A stretch of DNA of 64,000 bases, from NCBI GenBank assembly GCA_009859145.1, contig VRVR01000051.1:171155-235154 (forward strand), given 5' to 3'. This DNA is from Andalucia godoyi And28 (lineage: Eukaryota; Protista; Jakobida). Shown here piece after piece: positions 1 to 9,594 of this stretch; the first letter of the stretch is position 1; every line of letters begins with the position of its first letter. The notes beneath the pieces were generated by a model, which was given only the letters and a program-made list of their open reading frames with translations, searched no databases and was not told the origin of the DNA. Made by a program: the position numbers and the translations under genes.

Positions 1-2
1 CG

Positions 3-371
3 CCAACGCACTTTGCGGATCTTGTCGCGTGTCTGCAGCGCACTGTGCGCGGGCTTCAGCGGTAGTACAACACCGAGTCGTACAACGTCATTCTCCAGGA
101 CGGACCGCTCTCTGGCCAGTCCATCCAGCATCTGCACTGGCATGTCATCCCGCGCACCCTGCACAGCCAACTCTGCCCGTCTCCCTCCGTCCCTTCCGCT
201 CCTGCTGCTGCCGTCTCGGAACAGAGCGAGTGGTTCGACGAGTTTCAAAGACACGAACGAGACACCGCGCGCATCGCACTCTCTGTCGAACAGCGCGATC
301 ATGAAGCCGCTACACTGCTCTACCACATCCAGCTTGCCGAATCCGAAGCCACGTCCACATCAAAGCAGTAA
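3..371 (+). CDS. HIT-family hydrolase, FHIT/Ap3A hydrolase-like (5' end outside window; in-frame TAG at 63-65)
   Basis: Frame starting at nt 3 reads THFADLVACLQRTVRGLQR*YNTESYNVILQDGPLSGQSIQHLHWHVIPR...TSKQ* (TAA 369-371). QDGP-x-GQ-x-x-x-H-x-H-x-H-x-x-P-R is the Fhit-branch HIT motif. Absent from the ORF track because of the internal stop. Confidence 0.75.
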
Positions 372-447
372 TAAACTATATATACATACGCACACTCACC
401 CCCACACCTCCACACACAAATGCACATACACACGCGCGCATGCATCC

Positions 448-960
448 TTACTTACTTGCAACGGGATGACTCATCTTTGGAGCAACGTTAAAAGACGCAG
501 AGGGGGAAGAGGAAAAGGAGGCATGGTCGCGTTGGAACCGCAGAATATCGCGTTCGATGCGCTCGCAGCGATCCTGGATCCACTCGATATGTGCCTTTTT
601 GCGCAAAGCCTTGTTTTTGAGCTCGAGAGCCTGCTGCTCAGCTTGCCGAACACCCATCCGCAGCACCCTGTTTGTCTCTTCCATGCGCTGATTTGCAACA
701 CGCGCAAGCGCAAGTTCCCGAGTCGCCGTCTGCATGCTCTCTGGATTCCCTCGCGTCGACACGGACGCATGCTCACGATCTGCAGTCTGAAGACGCACTA
801 GCACACTGTGCGCTTGCTCGACGAAGTGGCGCAGTCGGTCAATGCGAGACTCGGTGGACACGAGCAGCCGCTCCGTCTCCAGCGACTCGCGATACGTCTG
901 GTCAATCGCACTCTGCAGCCCGTGTCGCTCCATTGTCGCCTGCGCATTTGTTGGGGTCAT
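448..960 (-). CDS. Hypothetical coiled-coil protein (170 aa)
   Basis: ATG-initiated ORF rich in E/R/Q/A/L with heptad-like stretches (RELALARVANQRMEETNRVL...LELKNKALRKK); flanked by AT-rich spacers; no family recognised. Confidence 0.5.
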   Translation of the reverse strand: MTPTNAQATMERHGLQSAIDQTYRESLETERLLVSTESRIDRLRHFVEQAHSVLVRLQTADREHASVSTRGNPESMQTATRELALARVANQRMEETNRVLRMGVRQAEQQALELKNKALRKKAHIEWIQDRCERIERDILRFQRDHASFSSSPSASFNVAPKMSHPVASK

Positions 961-1179
961 GCAGCTATCGAGAGCGTTCGGGCATTGTTTTGGACCGTGG
1001 TTCTCTTCTCGTTGTGGTGGGGGGCTACGACTGCTGCGTCGTGTTGTTATTGCTTTGATTTGTTGGCAAGGAAGTTGAGGAGGGTCAAGAGGTGGAGTTG
1101 ATAAACTCCAAAATGAAAAACATTAAAAGAAAAAGGATGGAAAAAAAAATTTCCGGTTCAAAAGACAGGGACGAATGAT

Positions 1180-1605
1180 TTAAGCCTCGGCGGTCTGGGA
1201 CTCCTCGCCCTTTCCTCCCTTGGTCTTCTTGGGCAAAAGCGCGTTGTTGATGCGGGGCAAGACACCTCCCTGCGAGATGGTGACGTTGGCCAAGAGGCGG
1301 TTGAGCTCCTCGTCGTGGCGGACCGCGAGCTGGATGTGTCTCGGGATGATGCGGGTCTTCTTGACCTCACGGGCTGCGTTTCCTGCAAGTTCGAGGACTT
1401 CGGCAGCAAGGTATTCGAGGACGGCAGCGAGGTACACGGGTGCTCCGGCTGCAACACGCTCGGCATACTGACCCTGCTTGAGGAAACGGGCAATACGGCC
1501 AACGGGGAACGAGAGGCCAGCCCGCTGAGAGCGGGAAACGGCCTTCTTGGAGGACTTTGCACGGTTGCCAGCGGGTTCGGCAGCAGGGGCGTTCTTGGGG
1601 GCCAT
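1180..1605 (-). CDS. H2A: Histone H2A (divergent)
   Basis: [59 protein letters not shown] and GGVLP...LLPKK are H2A signature segments. Confidence 0.97.
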   Translation of the reverse strand: MAPKNAPAAEPAGNRAKSSKKAVSRSQRAGLSFPVGRIARFLKQGQYAERVAAGAPVYLAAVLEYLAAEVLELAGNAAREVKKTRIIPRHIQLAVRHDEELNRLLANVTISQGGVLPRINNALLPKKTKGGKGEESQTAEA

Positions 1606-2067
1606 CTTTGACTTTTTCTTGGGGGTGGGTGGGTTAGCGGGGTTAGTTTAAAAAAAGTTTGAGGTTTTGAAAACGAAAAAAATGAAAAAGAAAAAACAAA
1701 AGGAATCAAGAAACCGAAGATGGATAAAAGGAGAATTGGAATACTTATGGAGACACAAGAATGCTCGAAACAGGCTTTGCAGTAACCCGCCCAAAATGAA
1801 ACTGGGCGCGGGACAGTCTTTTGCATGCGCCGTGCAAATGCATCAGTTGAGAGACTTGCCAGCGAGGTCGTGGGGGTTCGGCCATTTCCCCCACCCGTCG
1901 CTTATTTCCTGTCGGTTTTCCATGAAATTTCTACGCTTCGGGCATTAAAAAATCCCCGAACGGCCGTCTTGGGCGAATGATTTACTTTATTATTATTATT
2001 ATTATTATTATTATTTTGAAAACGGGGTTTTCTCCTCGTTGTTGCAGTACGATGATTGTGCGAATCG

Positions 2068-2823
2068 ATGCAGACGGGCATGCGAATATCGCTGATTCGG
2101 CATGGGGAAACGGAAGCGAATGCACAGAGTGTCATTCAGGGACACGGTGATAGTCCGCTTACCTCTCGCGGTCATTTGCAGTGCAAAGCGCTGTGTCACT
2201 ACCTCGTTTCCGAGGGCATTCAGTTTGATGCAATGTATGTTTCGGATCTCGGAAGGACGCAGACGACCGCATCGTATCTTTTACAATCTGTGAAGCGTGC
2301 TCAGAATGAAGATGCCAACTCTGCTGATCCGAGTCGGTCGGCGCTTGTCGTGCTGGACAGCAGGCTTCGCGAGCGGCGATTTGAAAAGGAACAGGGTCAC
2401 AGTGGGAATCCAGAGTCGGAGTCGATGGAAAAGGTGTGGATGCGAGCAGTGTCCATGCTGTGCACTGTGGTTTCCAGACATGCCAATCATAAGAATCTGC
2501 ACCAGCACCAGCACCAGCACCAGCACCACGTGGCATTGGTCACACATGGGGGATGGATCGCATGTGTGCTGAAGAACCTGCATGTCAAGATGTTTGGCTT
2601 CCCTCGCAATGCATCGATTTCCACGCTCCAATTCACATCCTCCCTCTTCATGGACTCGGACCGTATTGCGCATCAGCTGCGAAACATGCACGTGAGCAAG
2701 GACTGTCTCCAAGTGCTCAGGATGAACCACCAACCAAAATACCGTGACCCAAAACAGCGGACTCTCGAGGCCTTCGTCTTCCATCCACAAACCGAGAAAC
2801 AACCAGACACGGATGGAGAGTGA
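2068..2823 (+). CDS. Histidine phosphatase superfamily, branch 1 (phosphoglycerate mutase/TIGAR/CobC-like)
   Basis: LIRHGET catalytic motif, QG-x-x-DSPLT, SDLGRT, LRE, and LVTHGG second-His motif. ATG at 2068 preferred over the track's TTG at 2056. Confidence 0.85.
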   Translation: MQTGMRISLIRHGETEANAQSVIQGHGDSPLTSRGHLQCKALCHYLVSEGIQFDAMYVSDLGRTQTTASYLLQSVKRAQNEDANSADPSRSALVVLDSRLRERRFEKEQGHSGNPESESMEKVWMRAVSMLCTVVSRHANHKNLHQHQHQHQHHVALVTHGGWIACVLKNLHVKMFGFPRNASISTLQFTSSLFMDSDRIAHQLRNMHVSKDCLQVLRMNHQPKYRDPKQRTLEAFVFHPQTEKQPDTDGE

Positions 2824-2875
2824 GTGGGTGGAGAAGGAAGAAGAAAAGGGCACTCCCCTTGGATCATGTTCTCCG

Positions 2876-4078
2876 CTATGCAGACGAAGAGGAAGAGGAT
2901 GGCTCAAAGAGCGAGTCGACGTGCTGTCGGAACCACGCGGGAACCACACGATGCTGGGGCTCGCTTTCTTGGTAGATGCGCACGCTGCCGTCCGAGTCGC
3001 CGTCGGATCTGGAAACGTTGCAGAACTCAACCTTGTAAACGACACCCTCTTTCTTGCAATTTCTCGAAATAATGTTCAGAAATGCGACAATGTTTCGCAG
3101 CGAATAGTACGCATCAAACCGGTACTTATCCGGGAGGCTCTCGACATCCTCGTCCACGACTTGCACAACCTGGCCCTCTGCATTCCGCATTCCAACAATA
3201 AGTGTCGGCACATTCGCCAGAAAACACTGGACCCATGCCTTGCGCAGCTTTCGAAACGGGACATTACGAAGCCCAGGTCCTTGTCCTTGTCCTTGTCCAT
3301 ATCCTTGTCCTTGTCCATGCGAACTGTCCGATTTCCAGCACTTAATTTCAATCGGCCTTCCTTGCGAATCCATGGCGTCCATTTCCGCACCCATTGCGAT
3401 CAAGTAGTCGTTAGCGAGCCGCACTCCAATCACCTGACAGTGCTGCTCGGACGACACGGCAATGGCATTCTCGGGCACTGTGGTCGCTGCGCTGGAAGCA
3501 GCGACACACATGGACTCCCAGATCCTTCCCATTTTCGACTCGTCGGTTTCGTCCTCGCCGTCTGTCTTCCCACTGTCCACGATGTCCAGCACAAGGACGC
3601 CGCGGAATACTTCCACGCAGACTGCAAAGGGCGAGTCGGCCGCAGCCATCTTGTTCAAATTGTTGCGAAACGTCAGCACCTGCATTTGCTGGAAGAGTCT
3701 TTTCAGGTGTTTGTATGCGGACAGAGCCTTCAGGAGTGGCTCCAGAGAAGAATCGTTCGGGGGAGACACATAGTCAAACAGATGTGGGCGCAGAGAAATC
3801 GGGAACTGAGAGTGGTGTGGTGGCCGGAACCGCTTCGCAGCACCGTACGACGACAGCTCAATCGGCATGTGCACAGGCACGCGCAAAGGCACCCCGGACC
3901 GCGACAGGGACAGCACAGTCTCAAACAGCAACATCGAGCACCCATCCTCATCCACACCCGCACCCGCACCATTCATGTTCACGTCCATGTCTCGACTCGT
4001 CTTTGCTCGCTCGAATGCCAACGGAGTGTGCCTTCTTCGAATGCTGGTCTTTTCGGTCTTTCGCACACCGCATTGCAT
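2876..4078 (-). CDS. RAI1/DXO family decapping/exoribonuclease-like protein
   Basis: Ordered motifs TFRN, MGRIWE (GxxFE-like), GAEMD, IEIK, KAWVQCFL and IVGMR match RAI1/DXO motifs I-VI. Start codon uncertain. Confidence 0.8.
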   Translation of the reverse strand: MQCGVRKTEKTSIRRRHTPLAFERAKTSRDMDVNMNGAGAGVDEDGCSMLLFETVLSLSRSGVPLRVPVHMPIELSSYGAAKRFRPPHHSQFPISLRPHLFDYVSPPNDSSLEPLLKALSAYKHLKRLFQQMQVLTFRNNLNKMAAADSPFAVCVEVFRGVLVLDIVDSGKTDGEDETDESKMGRIWESMCVAASSAATTVPENAIAVSSEQHCQVIGVRLANDYLIAMGAEMDAMDSQGRPIEIKCWKSDSSHGQGQGYGQGQGQGPGLRNVPFRKLRKAWVQCFLANVPTLIVGMRNAEGQVVQVVDEDVESLPDKYRFDAYYSLRNIVAFLNIISRNCKKEGVVYKVEFCNVSRSDGDSDGSVRIYQESEPQHRVVPAWFRQHVDSLFEPSSSSSSA

Positions 4079-4653
4079 CTGCGCAAGGGGCCTCGCGGTC
4101 TACGACAGAAGAGGGCTCTTGGATTTTGGATCTACAGCAGGTTCCGGACGCTTGACAACGTTGCACATCAAACAATACGATTTTCTTACCTTAATCATGT
4201 CTAGAAAAATTTCTTCATTCTTCACGTTTTCTTTCATTCTACCACTTTCTGTTTATTTGTGTTTTATAATCGAACTCTCAAGCAGCACCTTTCATCAGAG
4301 ACAAAAACAAAACATCTCATGGCTCCAAAAAAGAGGGGATCTTCCCAACAAACTCAAACCGGCCATGCTCGAAGATAGCGAGAACCAAGAAAACCCCGTT
4401 GATCTTCTCTCGTCAGAGGCGGAGAGCAAGAAGAAGCGATGACCCTTTTGATGCAGAGGTGGTGCTCTCCCCAAACTGGATCTATCTTCGGTGACAGCTC
4501 AGCCGATGATGATCAATAATGATTCATGTTTTGGCGAGCGGTTACTTGGGAGAGGTTTAAAAAGAGGAATTAATGTATACCTCCTATATGTCTAGATAGT
4601 AAGAAAATAAAAGCAAAACAAAACAATAACAAAGCACGACTGCAAAGAAAGTG

Positions 4654-5289
4654 CTACCTGCTGAGTTTATCCTTGTGGACGATATCGACAAAGAGGCTGT
4701 GGAACCTCGAGTCAGTTTCGCAGAGCTCTGGATGGAACACACAGCCGAGTTTATTTCCCTGCCGGACGGCCACGATGACGTCGCCGTACCGCGCGAGGAC
4801 CTCGACATCGTCTCCGAGGGTTCTGAGAATTGCCGGAGCACGGATAAAGATTGCTCGCATCTTGCCGATTCCATGCACCTCCAAGTCTGTCTCAAACGAC
4901 TGGATCTGACGGCCAAAGTAGTTGCGCGCGGTTTCGACATGCAGTCCTCCAATCAGCCCCTGTCCTCCGTTTTTCTGATGGTCGACCTTGTCTGACAAGA
5001 GAATGCAGCCCGCGCATGTCCCCCACACTGGTCTTTTCAGCTCGTTTGCAAAACGCGAGAGCTGCGCAAAGAGCCCATCTGGCTCTGCAATCAGCGCCAT
5101 CGACGTGGACTCCCCACCGGGTATAATCAGCCCGTCGCACTTCTCAAGCTCTGCACTCGTCCGAACCTCTGCCACACTTAGCCAAGGACACGTCGTCGCA
5201 GCAAGACGCCTCAGATGCTCCACATGCTCCGCAAACGCTCCCTGCAACGAAAGCACGCCAATCACAATCGCACCCGCACTCCCACTCAT
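4654..5289 (-). CDS. PDX2: PLP synthase glutaminase subunit (PdxT/SNO)
   Basis: GVLSLQGAFAEH, DGLIIPGGEST, WGTCAG (catalytic Cys), RNYFGRQ, FIRAP and FHPE (His/Glu of the triad). First ATG at 5289. Confidence 0.95.
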   Translation of the reverse strand: MSGSAGAIVIGVLSLQGAFAEHVEHLRRLAATTCPWLSVAEVRTSAELEKCDGLIIPGGESTSMALIAEPDGLFAQLSRFANELKRPVWGTCAGCILLSDKVDHQKNGGQGLIGGLHVETARNYFGRQIQSFETDLEVHGIGKMRAIFIRAPAILRTLGDDVEVLARYGDVIVAVRQGNKLGCVFHPELCETDSRFHSLFVDIVHKDKLSR

Positions 5290-5835
5290 GATGTACACAA
5301 CCGCAGGAAAAAGACGCTCTTTTTTAATAATCCACTTCAACCAGATAAATAAGAATCATACAAAACAACAACCATGCATAAGCAGATGCTCATAAAATAA
5401 AAACAAAACAAACAAACAGACTATAGAAAATGCATATATAAAAAAATAAAGCATGCCGGAGACACGTACTCTTCTGAATTTTTTTATTTAATTAAAATAT
5501 CTGTGTCTCACTCACTCGTCGATCGTCTTCGACATGGAAAGTCCCGACGGGTTCAGGAAATTGAAGTTGAATCCGCCGGGAAAAACAAGCTCCTTTTCCC
5601 AGACAGTGAATTTCCGACTTTTCTCCGAAAATTCAAAGTTCGTGTCTCGCCCTCGACGTTCTTCTTCATTCTTTCTTTATATTTCATTCATTCTCTATGT
5701 TTCCTGTGTTTTCTTTTTCTTTTTCTTTTTCTTTTTCTTCCTCTTCTTTCGTTTATTACTCAGGTTTTTTATTATTATATTTATTTCGCCTTGGGTTCTG
5801 ACTGGGTTGTAGAACCACGGGAAGAAAAGAAGAGA

Positions 5836-5842
5836 ACACACA

Positions 5843-5884
<42 letters not shown>
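5836..5884. repeat. Compound (CA)n(GA)n microsatellite ending at the PDX1 ATG
   Basis: Direct reading: CA tract 5836-5860, GA tract 5861-5884, ATG at 5885. Confidence 0.95.
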
Positions 5885-6811
5885 ATGTCGACTGAAGGTA
5901 GTGTGGTGAAGAGTTCGCGAGCGACGAAAGTGGGGCTTGCAAAGATGCTTCGTGGAGTGATTATGGACGTGATGAATGTTGAGCAGGCGCGGATTGCCGA
6001 GGAAGCGGGGGCTGTGGCAGTGATGGCGCTTGAGCGGATTCCGGCAGACATCCGTACAGCGGGCGGAGTATCGCGGATGAGTGATCCGCAGATGATCAAG
6101 GAGATTTGCGCAGCGGTGACGATTCCTGTGATGGCGAAGTGCCGGATTGGACACTTTGTCGAGGCGCAGATTCTGCAGGAGATCGGCGTGGACTACATTG
6201 ACGAGTCCGAGGTTCTTACTCCTGCAGACGATGAAAACCACATCAACAAGCATGCGTTCCAGGTCCCGTTTGTGTGCGGATGCCGGAACCTTGGTGAAGC
6301 GCTGCGCAGAATCGCAGAGGGTGCCGCGATGATCCGCACCAAGGGAGAGGCTGGCACAGGGAACGTCGTTGAGGCCGTCCGTCACATGCGCACGCTGCAC
6401 AGGGAAATCAGACAGCTGCAGGGAATGGACGACTCGGAAATCTACACATATGCAAAGACCATCCAGGCCCCCGTCGAGCTTGTCGCAGAGTGCAAGCGTC
6501 TTGGGAAGTTGCCGGTCATTAACTTTGCAGCCGGCGGTGTCGCGACTCCCGCCGACGCTGCGATGTGCATGCAGCTTGGAATGGACGGCGTCTTTGTTGG
6601 CTCGGGAATCTTCAAGTCTGGGAACCCGGCGGCGAGAGCCCGGGCAATTGTCCAGGCTGTCACGCACTACAAGGACCCCAAGATCATTGCACAGGTCTCC
6701 GAGGGGCTCGGCGAGGCAATGGTGGGAATAACGGGCGACAGTCTCAAGCAGAGGTGGGCCGATCGAGAGCCAGGAAACATGCCCGGTTCATCATGGGCTC
6801 AAAAATACTGA
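5885..6811 (+). CDS. PDX1: PLP synthase synthase subunit (PdxS/SNZ)
   Basis: VIMDV (catalytic Asp), [28 protein letters not shown] and [10 protein letters not shown] (both catalytic Lys), [22 protein letters not shown]. Confidence 0.97.
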   Translation: MSTEGSVVKSSRATKVGLAKMLRGVIMDVMNVEQARIAEEAGAVAVMALERIPADIRTAGGVSRMSDPQMIKEICAAVTIPVMAKCRIGHFVEAQILQEIGVDYIDESEVLTPADDENHINKHAFQVPFVCGCRNLGEALRRIAEGAAMIRTKGEAGTGNVVEAVRHMRTLHREIRQLQGMDDSEIYTYAKTIQAPVELVAECKRLGKLPVINFAAGGVATPADAAMCMQLGMDGVFVGSGIFKSGNPAARARAIVQAVTHYKDPKIIAQVSEGLGEAMVGITGDSLKQRWADREPGNMPGSSWAQKY

Positions 6812-7218
6812 GTGACGTGACTGTAGTCGATGCCTCCTACGAGAGTCGGGCCACTCGAATCGAAGAGTAAAAAATGGAGAAAGAAGTACTGGAAATGGAC
6901 ACACGCCTACATTGCACACTAACCACGGATAATCATCGCTGATCACCCATAATCAATGTAGCAACCCAACAACATGCATAATGCAACGCGGCGGCGTGTT
7001 TATATAGGGATTTCATGATCAAAATGGGGGCGAAACGAATCGGGCATCGTGTGACGGAGCTGTTAACATAGCAAAAGCATGTGCATGGCGCGTGGCAGTG
7101 TTTTTGTTTACGTGCGCTTTAGGTTGCTTCATCATATCGCAATTAGTAGCAGCGGTGTTTTGCTCTGTTCTTCTTCATTCTCTCTTTTCGCAGGATTTGT
7201 TTTCCTCGGATATACATC

Positions 7219-7231
7219 CACACACACACAT

Positions 7232-7284
<53 letters not shown>

Positions 7285-7309
7285 CGTGCATCCATCCATC
7301 CATCCATCC
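7219..7309. repeat. Compound (CA)n(TA)n(TCCA)n microsatellite
   Basis: Direct reading; lies about 30 nt upstream of the AKR start. Confidence 0.95.
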
Positions 7310-7337
7310 GCGATAAAATATACAGCCAACACAGAGA

Positions 7338-8378
7338 ATGGAAATGCACAAGGAGCAGGGCGCAAAAGATATGAAGAGTTCGTTAATTGGGTTTGGAGCA
7401 TCGCCGCTTGGGGGGATGATGGGCGAGATGAATCTGTCGATTGCAAAGCGGGCGGTGTCGACGGCGCTTGCGCATTCGATATCACAATTTGACACGTCTC
7501 CGTACTATGGGAATTCCGAGTCTGTGCTTGGCGAGTGTCTGACCGGCATTCCGCGTTCGTCGTACACAGTGTGCACGAAATGCGGGAGATATCCGGGGGG
7601 CGAGTTCGACTACTCGGCCTCGCGAGTGACGTCCTCTGTTCTCTCGTCGATTGAGAAGCTACGATGCACGTACCTTGATCTTGTTCTCGTGCACGACATT
7701 GAGTTTGCCGACTCGCTGGATCAGATCGTCCATGAAACGCTCCCTGCGCTCCAGAAGCTCCGCGAACGAGGTCTGGTCAAGCGACTTGGGATCTCGGCGT
7801 ATCCACTGCACGTGCTTCGGTACGTTGCCGAGCGAGCCGTCGACCCGCGTCTCGATGTCGTTCTTACATACTGCCATCTGAACCTCGCAGACACTTCGCT
7901 GCTGCCCGAACTCGAGTTTTACAGAAAGCGGTCCATCAAGCTGATCGTCGCATCGGTGCTTTCCATGGGCCTCTTCTCTACCAAGGGACCGCAGAGCTGG
8001 CATCCCGCGTCCGAGAAACTCAAGGCCGCGTGCGCTGATGTTCGAGCCGAGTGTGCAGTGCGCGGCGTCAATGTCTCCGCGTATGCCTTGCGCTGGGCTC
8101 TCGATGCCGTGCACGGATACAACCAGGAGTGTCACCGTGGCTGTATGAATGACAGTAGCAATCGCGATGACAATGACAATGGCGATGCGATCGAGAGCGT
8201 GCTGGTTGGGTTTGCGTCCGAGGAAGAGGTTCTGCAGGCAGTCGAGGTTTGTGACGGCAGGGAGTCGACCGCTTCGGCACTTCCAGACGCTAATCTGCGC
8301 GATTGGATCCGCAGACGACTCGACAGTGTGCCTTCATCCGACCGCACCTGGCCATCTGGCAAGCATCCCCCGTCCTAA
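7338..8378 (+). CDS. Aldo-keto reductase, L-galactose dehydrogenase / D-arabinose dehydrogenase-like
   Basis: GFGASPLG, FDTSPYYG (catalytic D and Y), TKCGRY (K), VHDIEF (H) and LDQIVHETLPALQKL closely resemble plant L-galactose dehydrogenase as I recall it. Confidence 0.85.
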   Translation: MEMHKEQGAKDMKSSLIGFGASPLGGMMGEMNLSIAKRAVSTALAHSISQFDTSPYYGNSESVLGECLTGIPRSSYTVCTKCGRYPGGEFDYSASRVTSSVLSSIEKLRCTYLDLVLVHDIEFADSLDQIVHETLPALQKLRERGLVKRLGISAYPLHVLRYVAERAVDPRLDVVLTYCHLNLADTSLLPELEFYRKRSIKLIVASVLSMGLFSTKGPQSWHPASEKLKAACADVRAECAVRGVNVSAYALRWALDAVHGYNQECHRGCMNDSSNRDDNDNGDAIESVLVGFASEEEVLQAVEVCDGRESTASALPDANLRDWIRRRLDSVPSSDRTWPSGKHPPS

Positions 8379-8546
8379 TCACACAGTCACCATCATCATC
8401 ATCATCATCATCACAGCGTTCACCTCTTTCACGATGTCCAACCAGGGAGTGTTTGAAGTTTACGACGACGCGTGGTAATAAATATGGTACAGTACAACAA
8501 TGACATTAAAAAAATAAAATAAATAACAATGCTTGGGCGATGGATG

Positions 8547-9095
8547 TCACGGACGATACGTCGCGTTTGCGGAGAATGCAGTGGTTCTGCGCGAGGCTCG
8601 TCGGCCGCCGCTGCGTAACATGGCACTTGCTTCGAGTCTTTCGAGGTCGACGGCGAGACCGAGGGCAGGGTCTTTCCGCGGCGCAGACGCAGATGCTGTC
8701 GTGCTTGCGGGCGACGGAGAAGCAGAGGACAGCGGGAGACCGACGATGCGAGCTTGTCCCACCATGTAGTCGTAGATGTGCTCGAGATGGAACTGCAAAG
8801 CAAGCGAGCGAAACTCGCTGTCAGATTCCAAGAGTCTCTTAACCGTCGTCACATCAAATAATTTGGAGTGGGAGCGCACGAGCCCGTCGACCGTCTGTCT
8901 CGCAAGTGCATCCAGCCGTTTTCGCGCGAACCGCATCTGCTCCACTCGCTCCACCGCACTCGCATCCCGTCGCGCAAAACAGCCCATTTCCCGCGACCGT
9001 AGTTCAGCCTCGGTCGGAACTATAGCCGCCGAGCTTGCAGCATTCGATCGAGTTCGAAGAAGCACCCGACGCAATGTAAGCGGCCGTTCTCCCAT
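8547..9095 (-). CDS. Hypothetical protein
   Basis: GC-balanced ORF between AT-rich spacers, head-to-head with UTP6. First in-frame ATG at 9095; an upstream exon is possible. No family recognised. Confidence 0.4.
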   Translation of the reverse strand: MGERPLTLRRVLLRTRSNAASSAAIVPTEAELRSREMGCFARRDASAVERVEQMRFARKRLDALARQTVDGLVRSHSKLFDVTTVKRLLESDSEFRSLALQFHLEHIYDYMVGQARIVGLPLSSASPSPASTTASASAPRKDPALGLAVDLERLEASAMLRSGGRRASRRTTAFSANATYRP

Positions 9096-9594
9096 ATCCC
9101 AACTACCGGTCCGTATTGTACTTTGCCACAAACAACAACAACAACAAACAACAAGCAACACGCAACACGCAAATAAACAAACAATGCCGATGTTTCTTCT
9201 TCCTTCTTGTCTTCCCTTGTCCTGTTCGCAGATCGTCTATAGTAAAAACCGCACTATCCGGATGCATACGCAATAAGAAGCCATCTCAAAAATCCAAAGA
9301 AACCGTTTGTCAATGGGATTTTTGTGACTGCTTTTTTAATTTTTTACGACAGCTACATCACTGCTGCTTTATCGACCGTAGTTACGTCCTTATGGCATGC
9401 ACTCCTTTCTCTTTTTTTTCTTCGCTCTTTCCCGTAGTTCGATTCCTTTTAGCGTTCTCTCTCTCTCTCTCTGTCTCGGTCTCTGTCTCTCGTTTTCGTA
9501 ATTGTTTTCGTTCTTACTGGTTTCGGTGTATGAATGTTTATATTTTTGAATTTTGGATTTGAAATTTTTTGTTTTGTGAGTTGGCGGGAAGGGA

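Noticed and set aside
63-65. Genome-wide TAG reassignment
   Set aside because: TAG ends PDX2, UTP6, MinD and START at expected C-termini, and multi-kb Gln-rich ORFs contain no internal TAG.
1100-1180. Histone 3' stem-loop downstream of H2A
   Set aside because: No GGYYYTTYHRRRRCC-type hairpin seen; only A/T runs.
4319-4519. Possible small gene MAPKKRGSS... between DXO and PDX2
   Set aside because: The ATG frame hits TAG after 19 codons and TGA soon after; no frame gives a recognisable product.
5695-6667. Long antisense ORFs over PDX1 (and similar shadows over H2A, DXO, ACSBG, kinesin, lipin)
   Set aside because: They overlap well-supported genes on the other strand or frame and reflect codon bias or repeats; no motifs.
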